The notes below the pieces were generated by a model. The model saw nothing but the letters and a program-made list of their open reading frames with translations. It ran no database searches and was not told where the DNA came from. A program made the translations under genes and the position numbers. From positions 1 to 31,876 of the forward strand of contig CAZDTP010000049.1 in assembly GCA_964508365.1 (NCBI GenBank): a stretch of DNA of 31,876 bases, written 5' to 3'. Source of the stretch: an uncultured archaeon (GTDB lineage: Archaea; Asgardarchaeota; Lokiarchaeia; Sigyniarchaeales; SOKP01). Shown in pieces: positions 24,006-31,876 of this stretch (position 1 is its first letter; every line of letters begins with the position of its first letter).

Positions 24006-25814
24006 TTGAGAATCGCCGTACTTAATAAAGATCGCTGCAAGCCTGATAAATGTAGTCCATTTGGTGAAAAACCATGTATTAAATACTGTCCTAAGGTAAG
24101 AACAGGAGATAAAACAATAGTGTTAAGCCTTGATGGGAAAAATGTTGAAATTACAGAAAGTCTTTGCACTGGATGCGGTATCTGTATAAAAAAATGTCCA
24201 TTTAATGCGATAAGTATTATTAACTTACCAGATCCCTTGAAAAGTCAGATAACTTATCGATACGGTCCCGATCAATTCTCTTTATTTCGAATGGCAATTC
24301 CTAAGAAAGGAAAAGTTTTAGGATTAATTGGTCAAAATGGAATTGGAAAAAGTACGATGTTATCGATTCTTTCAGGATATCTGAAAATGAATTTGGGTAA
24401 ATTCAATGAAGATACTCCAGATGACGACGCAATTATCAATTTTTTTAAAGGTTCAGAACTTCAACAGTATTTCTTAGAATTATTTAATAAAAAATTAAGT
24501 GTTGTTCATAAACCTCAAAATATTAACCTTATTCCTAAACATGTGGAGGGCAAGGTTTATGATCTCCTTAAAAAGAATGATCTTAATGATCTTTTAGATA
24601 AAGCCGTTGACGAATTAAATCTTAATGGGATTCTTGATAGAAAATTATCTGTTCTCTCCGGAGGAGAGGTTCAAAGAGTTGCAATTGCTGCTGCCTATTT
24701 GAAAGATGCTGATGTATATCTTATAGATGAGCCTAGTTCTTACTTAGATGTTAGTGAAAGAATAAATATGGCTAAATTGATCAGAAGCCTTAGTGACGAC
24801 AATAAAACTATAGTAGTTGTAGAGCACGATTTGGCGATATTAGATTATTTAAGCGATTATATCTCCTTATTTTATGGAGTTCCTGGAGTGTATGGTATTA
24901 TATCCCATCCGCAAGGTGTAAGAGTGGGAATTAACATCTATTTGAATGGATATATTAAAGATGAAAATGTAAGAATTAGGGATGAACCCATTCAATTTCA
25001 CGAAAGACCACCAATTAGTTCTTTATTTGATACTGGTGCGAGCATTTTTTCTTATGAAAATCTAGAAAAAACTCTTGGAGACTTCCACTTGACAGTAAAG
25101 GGGAGTGAAGTCCATGCCGGCGAAATCCTAGGGATTCTTGGGCCCAATGGAATTGGAAAATCTACATTTATAGATTTAATTGCTAATAAAATAGTATCCG
25201 ATAATAAGATTAATAATATTGATGGAAATAAGCTAAAAGTTTCTTTAAAACCTCAATATATTAAAATAAATGAATCTAAATCAGTTTCTGACACAATAAC
25301 TAAAATCAGAATAGCTCCTTATCTGAGTCAATCGTTTAAAAAACGATTAATAAACAGCCTTCAACTCGATAATATTAAAAATAGAAAAATGTCTGAACTA
25401 AGTGGAGGAGAATTACAACGGGTAACAATAGCAGACTGTCTGTCTACTGAAGCCGATATTTATTTATTAGACGAACCATCTGCTTTTTTAGATATAGAAA
25501 TGAGATTAACGGTAGCTCAGTTATTACGAAAATCAATAGAAGAATTGAAAAAATCAGCGTTCGTTGTAGAACATGATATCATCACACAAGATTTTATAGC
25601 AGACTCGATCTTAGTATTTGAAGGAAATCCAGGTAAAGAAGGAAGAGCACTCGCTCCTTTAAATTTAAGGGATGGATTTAATTTATTTCTTAAAATGATG
25701 GGAATCACTTTTAGAAGAGAAAAAGAAACTAAAAGACCTCGAGTTAATAAGATAGGAAGTACAAAAGATAACTATCAAAAAAGAATCAATGAATATTACT
25801 TTATTCCTAAATAA
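24006..25814 (+). CDS. Ribosome recycling ATPase ABCE1/RLI
   Basis: N-terminal Fe-S domain (CKPDKC...CIKYCP...CTGCGICIKKCPF) and two ABC domains (GQNGIGKST, LSGGEVQR; GPNGIGKST, LSGGELQR). Confidence 0.97.
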   Translation: MRIAVLNKDRCKPDKCSPFGEKPCIKYCPKVRTGDKTIVLSLDGKNVEITESLCTGCGICIKKCPFNAISIINLPDPLKSQITYRYGPDQFSLFRMAIPKKGKVLGLIGQNGIGKSTMLSILSGYLKMNLGKFNEDTPDDDAIINFFKGSELQQYFLELFNKKLSVVHKPQNINLIPKHVEGKVYDLLKKNDLNDLLDKAVDELNLNGILDRKLSVLSGGEVQRVAIAAAYLKDADVYLIDEPSSYLDVSERINMAKLIRSLSDDNKTIVVVEHDLAILDYLSDYISLFYGVPGVYGIISHPQGVRVGINIYLNGYIKDENVRIRDEPIQFHERPPISSLFDTGASIFSYENLEKTLGDFHLTVKGSEVHAGEILGILGPNGIGKSTFIDLIANKIVSDNKINNIDGNKLKVSLKPQYIKINESKSVSDTITKIRIAPYLSQSFKKRLINSLQLDNIKNRKMSELSGGELQRVTIADCLSTEADIYLLDEPSAFLDIEMRLTVAQLLRKSIEELKKSAFVVEHDIITQDFIADSILVFEGNPGKEGRALAPLNLRDGFNLFLKMMGITFRREKETKRPRVNKIGSTKDNYQKRINEYYFIPK

Positions 25815-26078
25815 AAAAATTGGAATTTGAAAATTCCTTAAAGTTATTTACTCCTATTTTTCCAATGGAAATAGTTTATACTTATGAGAAATAAAGCTAA
25901 AATTAAATTATTAATAATATAATTTAAATATTAATAAATAATTTAAAGCTGGGGCTTGTTTAATTATAATACATCTATTTTTTTTTTATTGTTTAATTTT
26001 TAAATTTGCAGTAGAAAAATAGGGGTTATTGTCTTTTATTAAAGTATTAATCTCATTTATAATAAAAAAAAAAGAAAT

Positions 26079-26333
26079 TTACTCTTTAACTTTCCAAAAA
26101 ACTAATGGTCTACCTCTCATCCCATTGTTTCTTGTAAATTTTTCGATAAGTTTTCTTTTTTGTAGCTTCAATAGATTATCATAAATAGTAGTTCGAGGGC
26201 TATTTAGTATTTTTACCAAATCTTTTCGAGTAATTGGTCCATTGTTTCGTAGTTTATTGATTAAATTACTCTGAATTGGAGTCAAATACTCTATTGAATT
26301 AAAATCGTCGTTATTTACTCCTTTATTTATCAT
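26079..26333 (-). CDS. Winged-helix transcriptional regulator (TrmB/Lrs14-like)
   Basis: GPITRKDLVKILNSPRTTIYDNLLKLQKRKLI...RGRPLVFW. SD GGAGGA. Confidence 0.88.
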   Translation of the reverse strand: MINKGVNNDDFNSIEYLTPIQSNLINKLRNNGPITRKDLVKILNSPRTTIYDNLLKLQKRKLIEKFTRNNGMRGRPLVFWKVKE

Positions 26334-26382
26334 AATTTATTCCTCCTTTTTTTATTTTATTTTTCTCCGTTATATTAATTTA

Positions 26383-26428
26383 TTCGACAATTTTTCGACA
26401 ATTTAACTTATGAGACAATATGTATTGT
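26383..26428. promoter_or_regulatory. Candidate operator array between two divergent DNA-binding-protein genes
   Basis: Perfect tandem 11-mer TTCGACAATTT (26383-26393, 26394-26404), then the inverted repeat ACAATA-tg-TATTGT (26415-26428). Confidence 0.5.
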
Positions 26429-26556
26429 TATAATATTTTATAGTACCGAGTTTTATATAAAGATGCTTATTTATGCATTATTATCATCAATAAACATAAA
26501 CTTAAAAGCAGCAAAATTATTTTATATTTGTGAAAAAAACCTAAACCAACATTAAA

Positions 26557-26931
26557 ATGACTGAAACTACACGGACAACTGTAACTTTAAGTCGAATTAG
26601 TATGAATCAAGTAAAAGAATTAGTAGGGGTTTTTGGAAGTACTCCTGCTTCAGTAATTAGCAGAATTGTAGAACATTTTTTTGATTACGGTAGATTTGAC
26701 GATGTTATAGAAAAAATGAAGGCAAAAAAGAGAGAATTATTCCCACCTGATGATGCAGTAATTAACGAAAAAATAATGAATTTATTTAAAGGAGCTAATA
26801 AAATTCCTTTTGATGATTTTATAAATTTTCTTCAAGTCGAAAAAAAGTTGGTTTTGGAGAATATTCATATATGGACAGAAAAATACAATATTAAGATCAT
26901 AAAAAACCTTGTAATAAAAGATCTGGAATAA
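26557..26931 (+). CDS. Ribbon-helix-helix (RHH)-like protein with a C-terminal winged-helix-like domain
   Basis: TRTTVTLS (strand), then RISMNQVKELV and TPASVISRIVEHFF (two helices). The C-terminal INEKIMNLF...IPFDDFINFLQVEKKLVLENI is wHTH-like. Inference. Confidence 0.6.
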   Translation: MTETTRTTVTLSRISMNQVKELVGVFGSTPASVISRIVEHFFDYGRFDDVIEKMKAKKRELFPPDDAVINEKIMNLFKGANKIPFDDFINFLQVEKKLVLENIHIWTEKYNIKIIKNLVIKDLE

Positions 26932-26993
26932 TATCTATCCGTTCTTCTTTAGGATACACAATTTAAAAACATAAATTTCATGATTTAAAGAAA

Positions 26994-27221
26994 TTAGTTT
27001 TTAAGTAACGCACCAAAATCTTCCCAAAAATTATTTGCTAAATCTAAAGGCCAGTCTAGTAAAGATGTCATAACTCCAACAATTATAAAGAAAATAAACA
27101 AAGCTAATCCAATTAATAGAGCATATTCTATTAGATTGCCACCATACTCGTCTGAGAAGAAATCTTTTATTCTACTTAGAATGATTTTCTTTTTTTTTTT
27201 AACGAATTCCTTCTTCTTCAT
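26994..27221 (-). CDS. Flp/Fap-type pilin precursor
   Basis: FFSDEYG/GNLIEYALLIGLALFIFFIIVGV: Gly at -1, Glu+5 and Tyr+6 (Flp motif), a hydrophobic helix and a 48-aa mature peptide. ATG at 27221 is preferred over TTG at 27245. Confidence 0.85.
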   Translation of the reverse strand: MKKKEFVKKKKKIILSRIKDFFSDEYGGNLIEYALLIGLALFIFFIIVGVMTSLLDWPLDLANNFWEDFGALLKN

Positions 27222-27290
27222 ACTCAAAAAAAACCTAATTTGCATTACATTGCAAAAATAGTCTTTTAAACTAAACTAAAAAGTTGAATT

Positions 27291-27707
27291 TTATGAATCC
27301 CTAATAATTTTAAGTGTATGATTGAGTTCTTCTTCAGTTGCTTGTTCTCTAGGGATTGATAATCTGAATTTTCCATCTGCTCTACTCCGGGGAATTATAT
27401 GAATATGAAAATGATTAATTACTTGCCCAGCAGCCTTATAATTATTCTGCAATATGTTATATCCATCAATATTCAAATTTTTAAAAATCAAATTAGATAC
27501 AATTTTGACAGTCGCCATAACCTCATATAAATCATCTATCGGGATGGTTTCTAGATTAGTATAATGCTTTTTAGGAATAACAATCGTATGACCTTGAGAT
27601 ATTGGTAAAATATCTAGAAATGCGATCGTATTATTATTTTCATATAGAATTTTTGAAGGTATTTTTTTTTCAATTATTTTGCAAAATATACAATCATCGT
27701 TATTCAA
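27291..27707 (-). CDS. HIT family nucleotide hydrolase (HINT-like)
   Basis: CIFCKII, AFLDILP...GHTIVIPKKH and AGQVINHFHIHIIPR (intact histidine triad). Confidence 0.95.
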   Translation of the reverse strand: MNNDDCIFCKIIEKKIPSKILYENNNTIAFLDILPISQGHTIVIPKKHYTNLETIPIDDLYEVMATVKIVSNLIFKNLNIDGYNILQNNYKAAGQVINHFHIHIIPRSRADGKFRLSIPREQATEEELNHTLKIIRDS

Positions 27708-27839
27708 TAATAACTCACCAAACCTACCATAATTATATTTTTAATGATTAAAAATTATAAACTTTAAAAAACCTTCACAGCCTTTTAATTTTTTTGGTTT
27801 AATTAAATCTCAAAGATTACCAAGGGGGTTGTGATTTGA

Positions 27840-28655
27840 ATGTTTTTTGATGAGATTGAATCAATTATTGAAAATAAATTATCTCCTAAAATTTATAGAA
27901 TCGATTCTGAATATTATGGATTATATTACGGACAAATCAACACTAAGAAACATATTAAAAAAATATTGTTTACAGTTGATTTAAGCTTGGAATCAATTCA
28001 TTATGCAGTAAAGAATAAAATAAACCTCATAATTTCTCTCAACGGCTTTAATAATAACCCTATCACTAATTTTAACCAATTATTAATAAATAAGATAAAT
28101 TTACTATCTAGATATCCCTTGTTGATTTTTATCTTAAACTCTACTTTTATAGCTGCTGAGGGAGGTGTTTCGGATACTATTATGGAATCACTCTATCTAA
28201 AATTGGATCAAACACTTAATGTTGAGAACAATAGGGGCGATTCTGTTCCTATAGGTAGAATATGCATCCCAAATTCTTATACAGAGAACAACAAAATTAT
28301 GACTTTAGATAATTTACTTAAAAGGATTAAATCCAATCTAGAGGTAGAAGACGCTTTATTCGTAGGTGAATTAAATTCAGAAGTTAAGAAAATTTGTATT
28401 GTAGGAGAAGATAAATTAAATATAAATTACATTAGAAAGGCATTAAAAAATGAATGTGATTGTTATATCTCTGGCTATTTTAATCATCAAATTGCTAGTT
28501 ACGCTAAAGAATCCCGTTTAAACCTAATAGGAATATCTCTTTATAACTGTAACACCATTGCTTTGAAAAAAATGCATAACATTCTGAGTTTAGAGTTTCC
28601 TCATGATGATTTTTATTTCTTTGAATCAAGAGACCCAATAAATATTTTTAATTAA
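27840..28655 (+). CDS. NIF3/YbgI-like protein lacking the metal ligands
   Basis: The scaffold is recognisable (YGLYYG, IKKILFTVD, AAEGGV, PIGRI, VKKICIVG, DCYISG), but the HH, H-x3-D and GH-x3-E motifs are replaced. Confidence 0.8.
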   Translation: MFFDEIESIIENKLSPKIYRIDSEYYGLYYGQINTKKHIKKILFTVDLSLESIHYAVKNKINLIISLNGFNNNPITNFNQLLINKINLLSRYPLLIFILNSTFIAAEGGVSDTIMESLYLKLDQTLNVENNRGDSVPIGRICIPNSYTENNKIMTLDNLLKRIKSNLEVEDALFVGELNSEVKKICIVGEDKLNINYIRKALKNECDCYISGYFNHQIASYAKESRLNLIGISLYNCNTIALKKMHNILSLEFPHDDFYFFESRDPINIFN

Positions 28656-28804
28656 ATTGAAATTCTAATGAATCGAGAATTTATGAAGTTGTAGAATTTT
28701 ATTATTAAGAAAAGAGATTATTTAACTTGATAATTTAATTAAATTTAAATTGTTTGAATTTTACCTTTTTTTCAGTTTAATAATAAAAACATAGTTGAAG
28801 AATA

Positions 28805-29386
28805 ATGGTAATACTTGAATATAATGGAAGAAGCCCTAATCTTAGTGATAATTGTTATGTATCTCCACTAGCAACTTTAATTGGTGATGTTACTGTAAAT
28901 GATAATGCAATTATTTGGCCTGGCTCTATAATTCGAGCTGAAAACTCAAAAATCAATATCGGTGAGTATACAACAGTTTTTAACGGTGTGATGATGTTTA
29001 CGAGATCTCAAAAAAGTTCAATTAATATTGGCCGTTATTGCATAATTGAATCGGGAGTAACTATTTTAGGTTGCTTCATGGAAGATTACGTACAAATTAT
29101 GGAAGGGACTCTTATTTATGAAGAGAGTTCAATTGGGGAAGGTTCGATCATTATAAAAAATAGCCAGGTTCCTCCTGGTTTAACAATTCCCGCGAGATCA
29201 GTATTGCGGGGAATTCCGGTTGAGCCAATAAGGGAACAATCGAGAAATGAGGTATTAAAACAAAAAGATCGAGCAGAACATTATTCTCAACTCTTCATGA
29301 AAATTAACGAACAATTACCTAATGCACAAAGTTATCTCTTAACACTTCCTGACTTTATTAAACTACTTTTTCAAAGAGAAAATTAA
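28805..29386 (+). CDS. Gamma-carbonic-anhydrase-like left-handed beta-helix protein lacking the Zn ligands
   Basis: ATLIGDVTV...IWPGSIIRAE..INIG, hexapeptide repeats, GIPVEPIR and a C-terminal helix AEHYSQL. None of the three catalytic His residues is present. Confidence 0.85.
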   Translation: MVILEYNGRSPNLSDNCYVSPLATLIGDVTVNDNAIIWPGSIIRAENSKINIGEYTTVFNGVMMFTRSQKSSINIGRYCIIESGVTILGCFMEDYVQIMEGTLIYEESSIGEGSIIIKNSQVPPGLTIPARSVLRGIPVEPIREQSRNEVLKQKDRAEHYSQLFMKINEQLPNAQSYLLTLPDFIKLLFQREN

Positions 29387-29392
29387 AAAAAA

Positions 29393-30280
29393 TTATATTT
29401 CAATATTTAATTTTTCAATCAATTCTTTGTATCTAGAACGTAAAGTAACTTCAGTTACTCCTACTACATTTGCTACATCTTTTTGAGAAATCCTCTTGTC
29501 TTTCTTCTTGCTCACTAAATACAATGCTCCTGCGCATAATCCCTTAGGATCTTTACCACTTGTTGAATATTTTGAGATAAAAGATTGCAGAATTTTGATC
29601 GTTAATTGTTCAGTTTCAGCATCTAATCCTAGTTCTGCCACAAATCTGGGAATGAGAGAAACAGGATTAGTGGAGGGTGCTTTTAAATTTAATTCTCTAA
29701 TTATTGTTCTATAACATCTCCGAACGTTTTTTGCATTAACTGATGTTTGATCTAATATTTCTTGAAGTGTTCTGGGGATTTTTCGTTCTCTACAAGCAAA
29801 ATACAAGCAAGCTGCGACCATACCGTTGATTGATCTACCGCGGAGTAATTTTTTCTTAAACGCTTCAATATATAATTTAATAGCTGCTTTTTTTATATGG
29901 TTGGGCAAATTTAGATTACTCCCGATTCTTTTTAGTTCAGTAGTGGCAATTAACATGTTTCTCTTATCCCACGTCATACGAGAATTCCATTTTGCAGCTC
30001 TTTTTAAATCAGGACTTCTTATATTGTTTTTGTCAATAATAGTACTTAAGCCCATATCAGGTAATAGAATTGAAATAGGAGATCCCGTCCGCTCTCTTCT
30101 TTCTTTCTCTTGCTTTGTGAAAGCTCGTTTACCACTATGGGATATGTCTAATAATCTTTCACTCACAACTAAACCACATTGACGACATACAATTTCTCCT
30201 TTTTCGTGAATTGAAATTGTCTTACCTTCACATTCTGGACATGAATTTGATATACTACTAATTTCTGATTTTATTTCCAC
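29393..30280 (-). CDS. tfb: Transcription initiation factor IIB (TFB), canonical
   Basis: CPECEG...CRQCGLV, RERTGSP, LRGRSI..MVAACLYFACR, GKDPKGLCAGALY and SQKDVA..VGVTEVTLRSRYKEL. GTG at 30280 with SD GAGG is preferred over 30313. Confidence 0.96.
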   Translation of the reverse strand: MEIKSEISSISNSCPECEGKTISIHEKGEIVCRQCGLVVSERLLDISHSGKRAFTKQEKERRERTGSPISILLPDMGLSTIIDKNNIRSPDLKRAAKWNSRMTWDKRNMLIATTELKRIGSNLNLPNHIKKAAIKLYIEAFKKKLLRGRSINGMVAACLYFACRERKIPRTLQEILDQTSVNAKNVRRCYRTIIRELNLKAPSTNPVSLIPRFVAELGLDAETEQLTIKILQSFISKYSTSGKDPKGLCAGALYLVSKKKDKRISQKDVANVVGVTEVTLRSRYKELIEKLNIEI

Positions 30281-30432
30281 TTTAAAAACCTCTTTTTTAA
30301 ACTTAAAATTCACAAACTAAATTATTTTCCACATTAACTAACTGAAAATCGTATTAAATCCAATAAATCTTTATTCGTGTGACTGAAAATTGATTTATTA
30401 CTTGAATGCAAAATAACTATATGTAACTTGGA

Positions 30433-30446
30433 TATATAAATCTTTT
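30433..30446 (-). promoter_or_regulatory. Candidate BRE-TATA promoter for canonical tfb
   Basis: The minus strand reads AAAAGA-TTTATATA, about 150 nt upstream of the tfb start. It is a consensus match only. Confidence 0.4.
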
Positions 30447-30793
30447 GATCAAAACTAAACTCCATATGATATTTCCTAGAGCATGAACGGCAGATATGTT
30501 GTAAAACCAAAAATGATTCCTCCTGAAACCGATGAAAACATCCAAATTACCGTTTCTCTAAGATTTTTAACTTTATATAGAAGATACCATATTGAAATCG
30601 TTAAATGAATTGTGTTGGCAAAGGAAAGCACTGCAACTATTTAATATATTGTTTGTTCATGCGGATAAATAACGGATTGGATATCGATAATTCTATTTAT
30701 AATTAAGGAATTGATATCAATTAGCCCTATAAAACAAAAAATAAAGCGATATTTTAGGGGTTCCAAAAAAAACATAAAAAAGTATAAAGATAA

Positions 30794-31132
30794 TTAAAAA
30801 GAAACCCAATACCTATAACGATATAAACATTTCCTATAATTAAGCGTGGTTTGATAAGTAAATCTTTTTTTATTTATGGTATGTTCAGTTGAAAATGATC
30901 TTGATTTGAAATAAAGACCTCTTAATTTTAGAAGGTTTAGAATTCCACAACGAATCAGGACAACAGCAAATATATGTTTAAAATATTGAAAATAAATCAG
31001 AATAAAACTATTAAATTCTGAGCAAATTTTTTCTAAGGAATCTAAAAAACTGTCGATTGCATTTGCTCGGTATGAATAGCAACATTTTTTATCTAATATT
31101 TATTTAAAAATGTATATAGAAAAACTACGCAT
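30794..31132 (-). pseudogene. Possible decayed membrane-protein gene
   Basis: A stop-free minus frame of 101 codons (31099-30797) lacks its own start. An in-frame ATG at 31132 is separated from it by a single TAA (31102-31100). A hydrophobic continuation (IIGNVYIVIGIGFLFNYLY) lies in a shifted frame. Confidence 0.3.
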
Positions 31133-31204
31133 TTTAAAAGGCAGCATTATGTTTTTTAAAAAAGCCTTAACGCATTATGATCTTTAGAAAGTGTAAATAA
31201 GAGT

Positions 31205-31645
31205 TTAAAGTATTTTTTCACACTCTCGGTTTATTACTTTCATAGTAATGTTGAAATCTTGCCACCAGTCTTGTCCTTGCTGAGAAACCAGCATTGAATC
31301 TACTTTTTTTGAATCTAAACATCTTATTTCTTCTTTGTGCGCTTTTACTTTATCCTTCCATATCTGGCTAAATATGTTCTGAATATTTACTTTAACTTTT
31401 TTCACTAATTCCTCATAGGTTACAGAGACATCTTCTTTTTTCTGCAATTTTTGGAGCTGATCAAATTTAATTTTTTCTTTAGCCCTATTTAAATCGCTAC
31501 AATTAATCGCTATCGTAAAAGGCTCATCCCTGCCGTATTTACAAAATTTTTGAATTTCGCATGGCGAACAATAATTTTCAAAACTGATAAGATAGTCTTC
31601 TAAACCAATAATTGAATAATTTAATAATTTAGGCAATTGGTTCAC
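31205..31645 (-). CDS. Hypothetical protein with a C-x2-C-x5-C-x13-C motif
   Basis: 146-aa ORF with a GTG start and protein-like composition. No family was recognised. Confidence 0.75.
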   Translation of the reverse strand: MNQLPKLLNYSIIGLEDYLISFENYCSPCEIQKFCKYGRDEPFTIAINCSDLNRAKEKIKFDQLQKLQKKEDVSVTYEELVKKVKVNIQNIFSQIWKDKVKAHKEEIRCLDSKKVDSMLVSQQGQDWWQDFNITMKVINRECEKIL

Positions 31646-31800
31646 TTTTTAACTATCTTATAAAAAAATATTCTCTTTATTCTATTAAAACTTAAGGCTT
31701 AACAACACAAAAATTTTTTAAATAAATAATATTTAGGTAGATATTAAAAACTTATTTTCAAAATAGTTGTGGAAGTCGTTGAAACGCTTGCTATTTTAAC

Positions 31801-31874
31801 GGGAGAGTGGCTTAGCCTGGTATAGCGCACGGCTGATAACCGTGAGGTCGGGGGTTCGAAGCCCCCCTTTCCCA
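31801..31874 (+). tRNA. tRNA-Ile(GAT), no intron, CCA not encoded
   Basis: Acceptor stem GGGAGAG/CTTTCCC, anticodon arm CACGG-CT GAT AA-CCGTG, T arm GGGGG-TTCGAAG-CCCCC, discriminator A. Confidence 0.96.
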
Positions 31875-31876
31875 TT

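Noticed and set aside
23966-24169. 67-aa minus-strand ORF
   Set aside because: Antisense to ABCE1.
25517-25708. 63-aa minus-strand ORF
   Set aside because: Antisense to ABCE1.
25890-25950. AT-only palindromes (e.g. ATTATTAATAAT) in the intergenic region
   Set aside because: Expected by chance in near-pure A/T sequence. There is no spacer structure or MITE-like ends.
29496-30182. Two plus-strand ORFs (72 and 118 aa)
   Set aside because: Antisense shadows of the canonical tfb.
31855-31861. G at position 60 in the tRNA-Ile T loop (TTCGAAG)
   Set aside because: As I recall, this variant occurs in other archaeal tRNA-Ile(GAU) genes, and the cloverleaf is otherwise normal.
6279-31874. Region between two tRNA genes considered as an integrated element
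   Set aside because: No integrase and no duplicated tRNA end (att site). The content is core housekeeping genes.

Overview
Very AT-rich archaeal chromosomal window, most consistent with an Asgard archaeon of the Lokiarchaeia type. This is inferred from the 16S 5' sequence, class I LysRS, archaeal ribosomal proteins, Cdc6, TFB, and roadblock, MglA-type GTPase and V4R genes. Core genes: 5' end of 16S rRNA, tRNA-Glu(CTC) with a 25-nt D-arm intron, tRNA-Ile(GAT), rps17e, rpl3-rpl4-rpl23, cdc6, two TFB paralogues, lysS, ABCE1 and a HIT protein. Most interesting content: (1) a three-gene operon of tandem roadblock, DENN-like protein and MglA-type GTPase, with a second MglA-type GTPase nearby; (2) a type IV/Tad-like pilus locus (ATPase, pilin, TadC-like platform, prepilin peptidase coupled to cdc6) plus a bacterial-style Flp pilin about 10 kb away; (3) an Ig-like surface glycoprotein with a nearly perfect 651-nt-period internal duplication; (4) adjacent NIF3-like and gamma-carbonic-anhydrase-like genes that have both lost their metal ligands; (5) a PC4/PUR-like protein with an SSB-like acidic tail. 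No mobile element or CRISPR array was seen. All family calls come from motif recognition by eye; no database searches were run.
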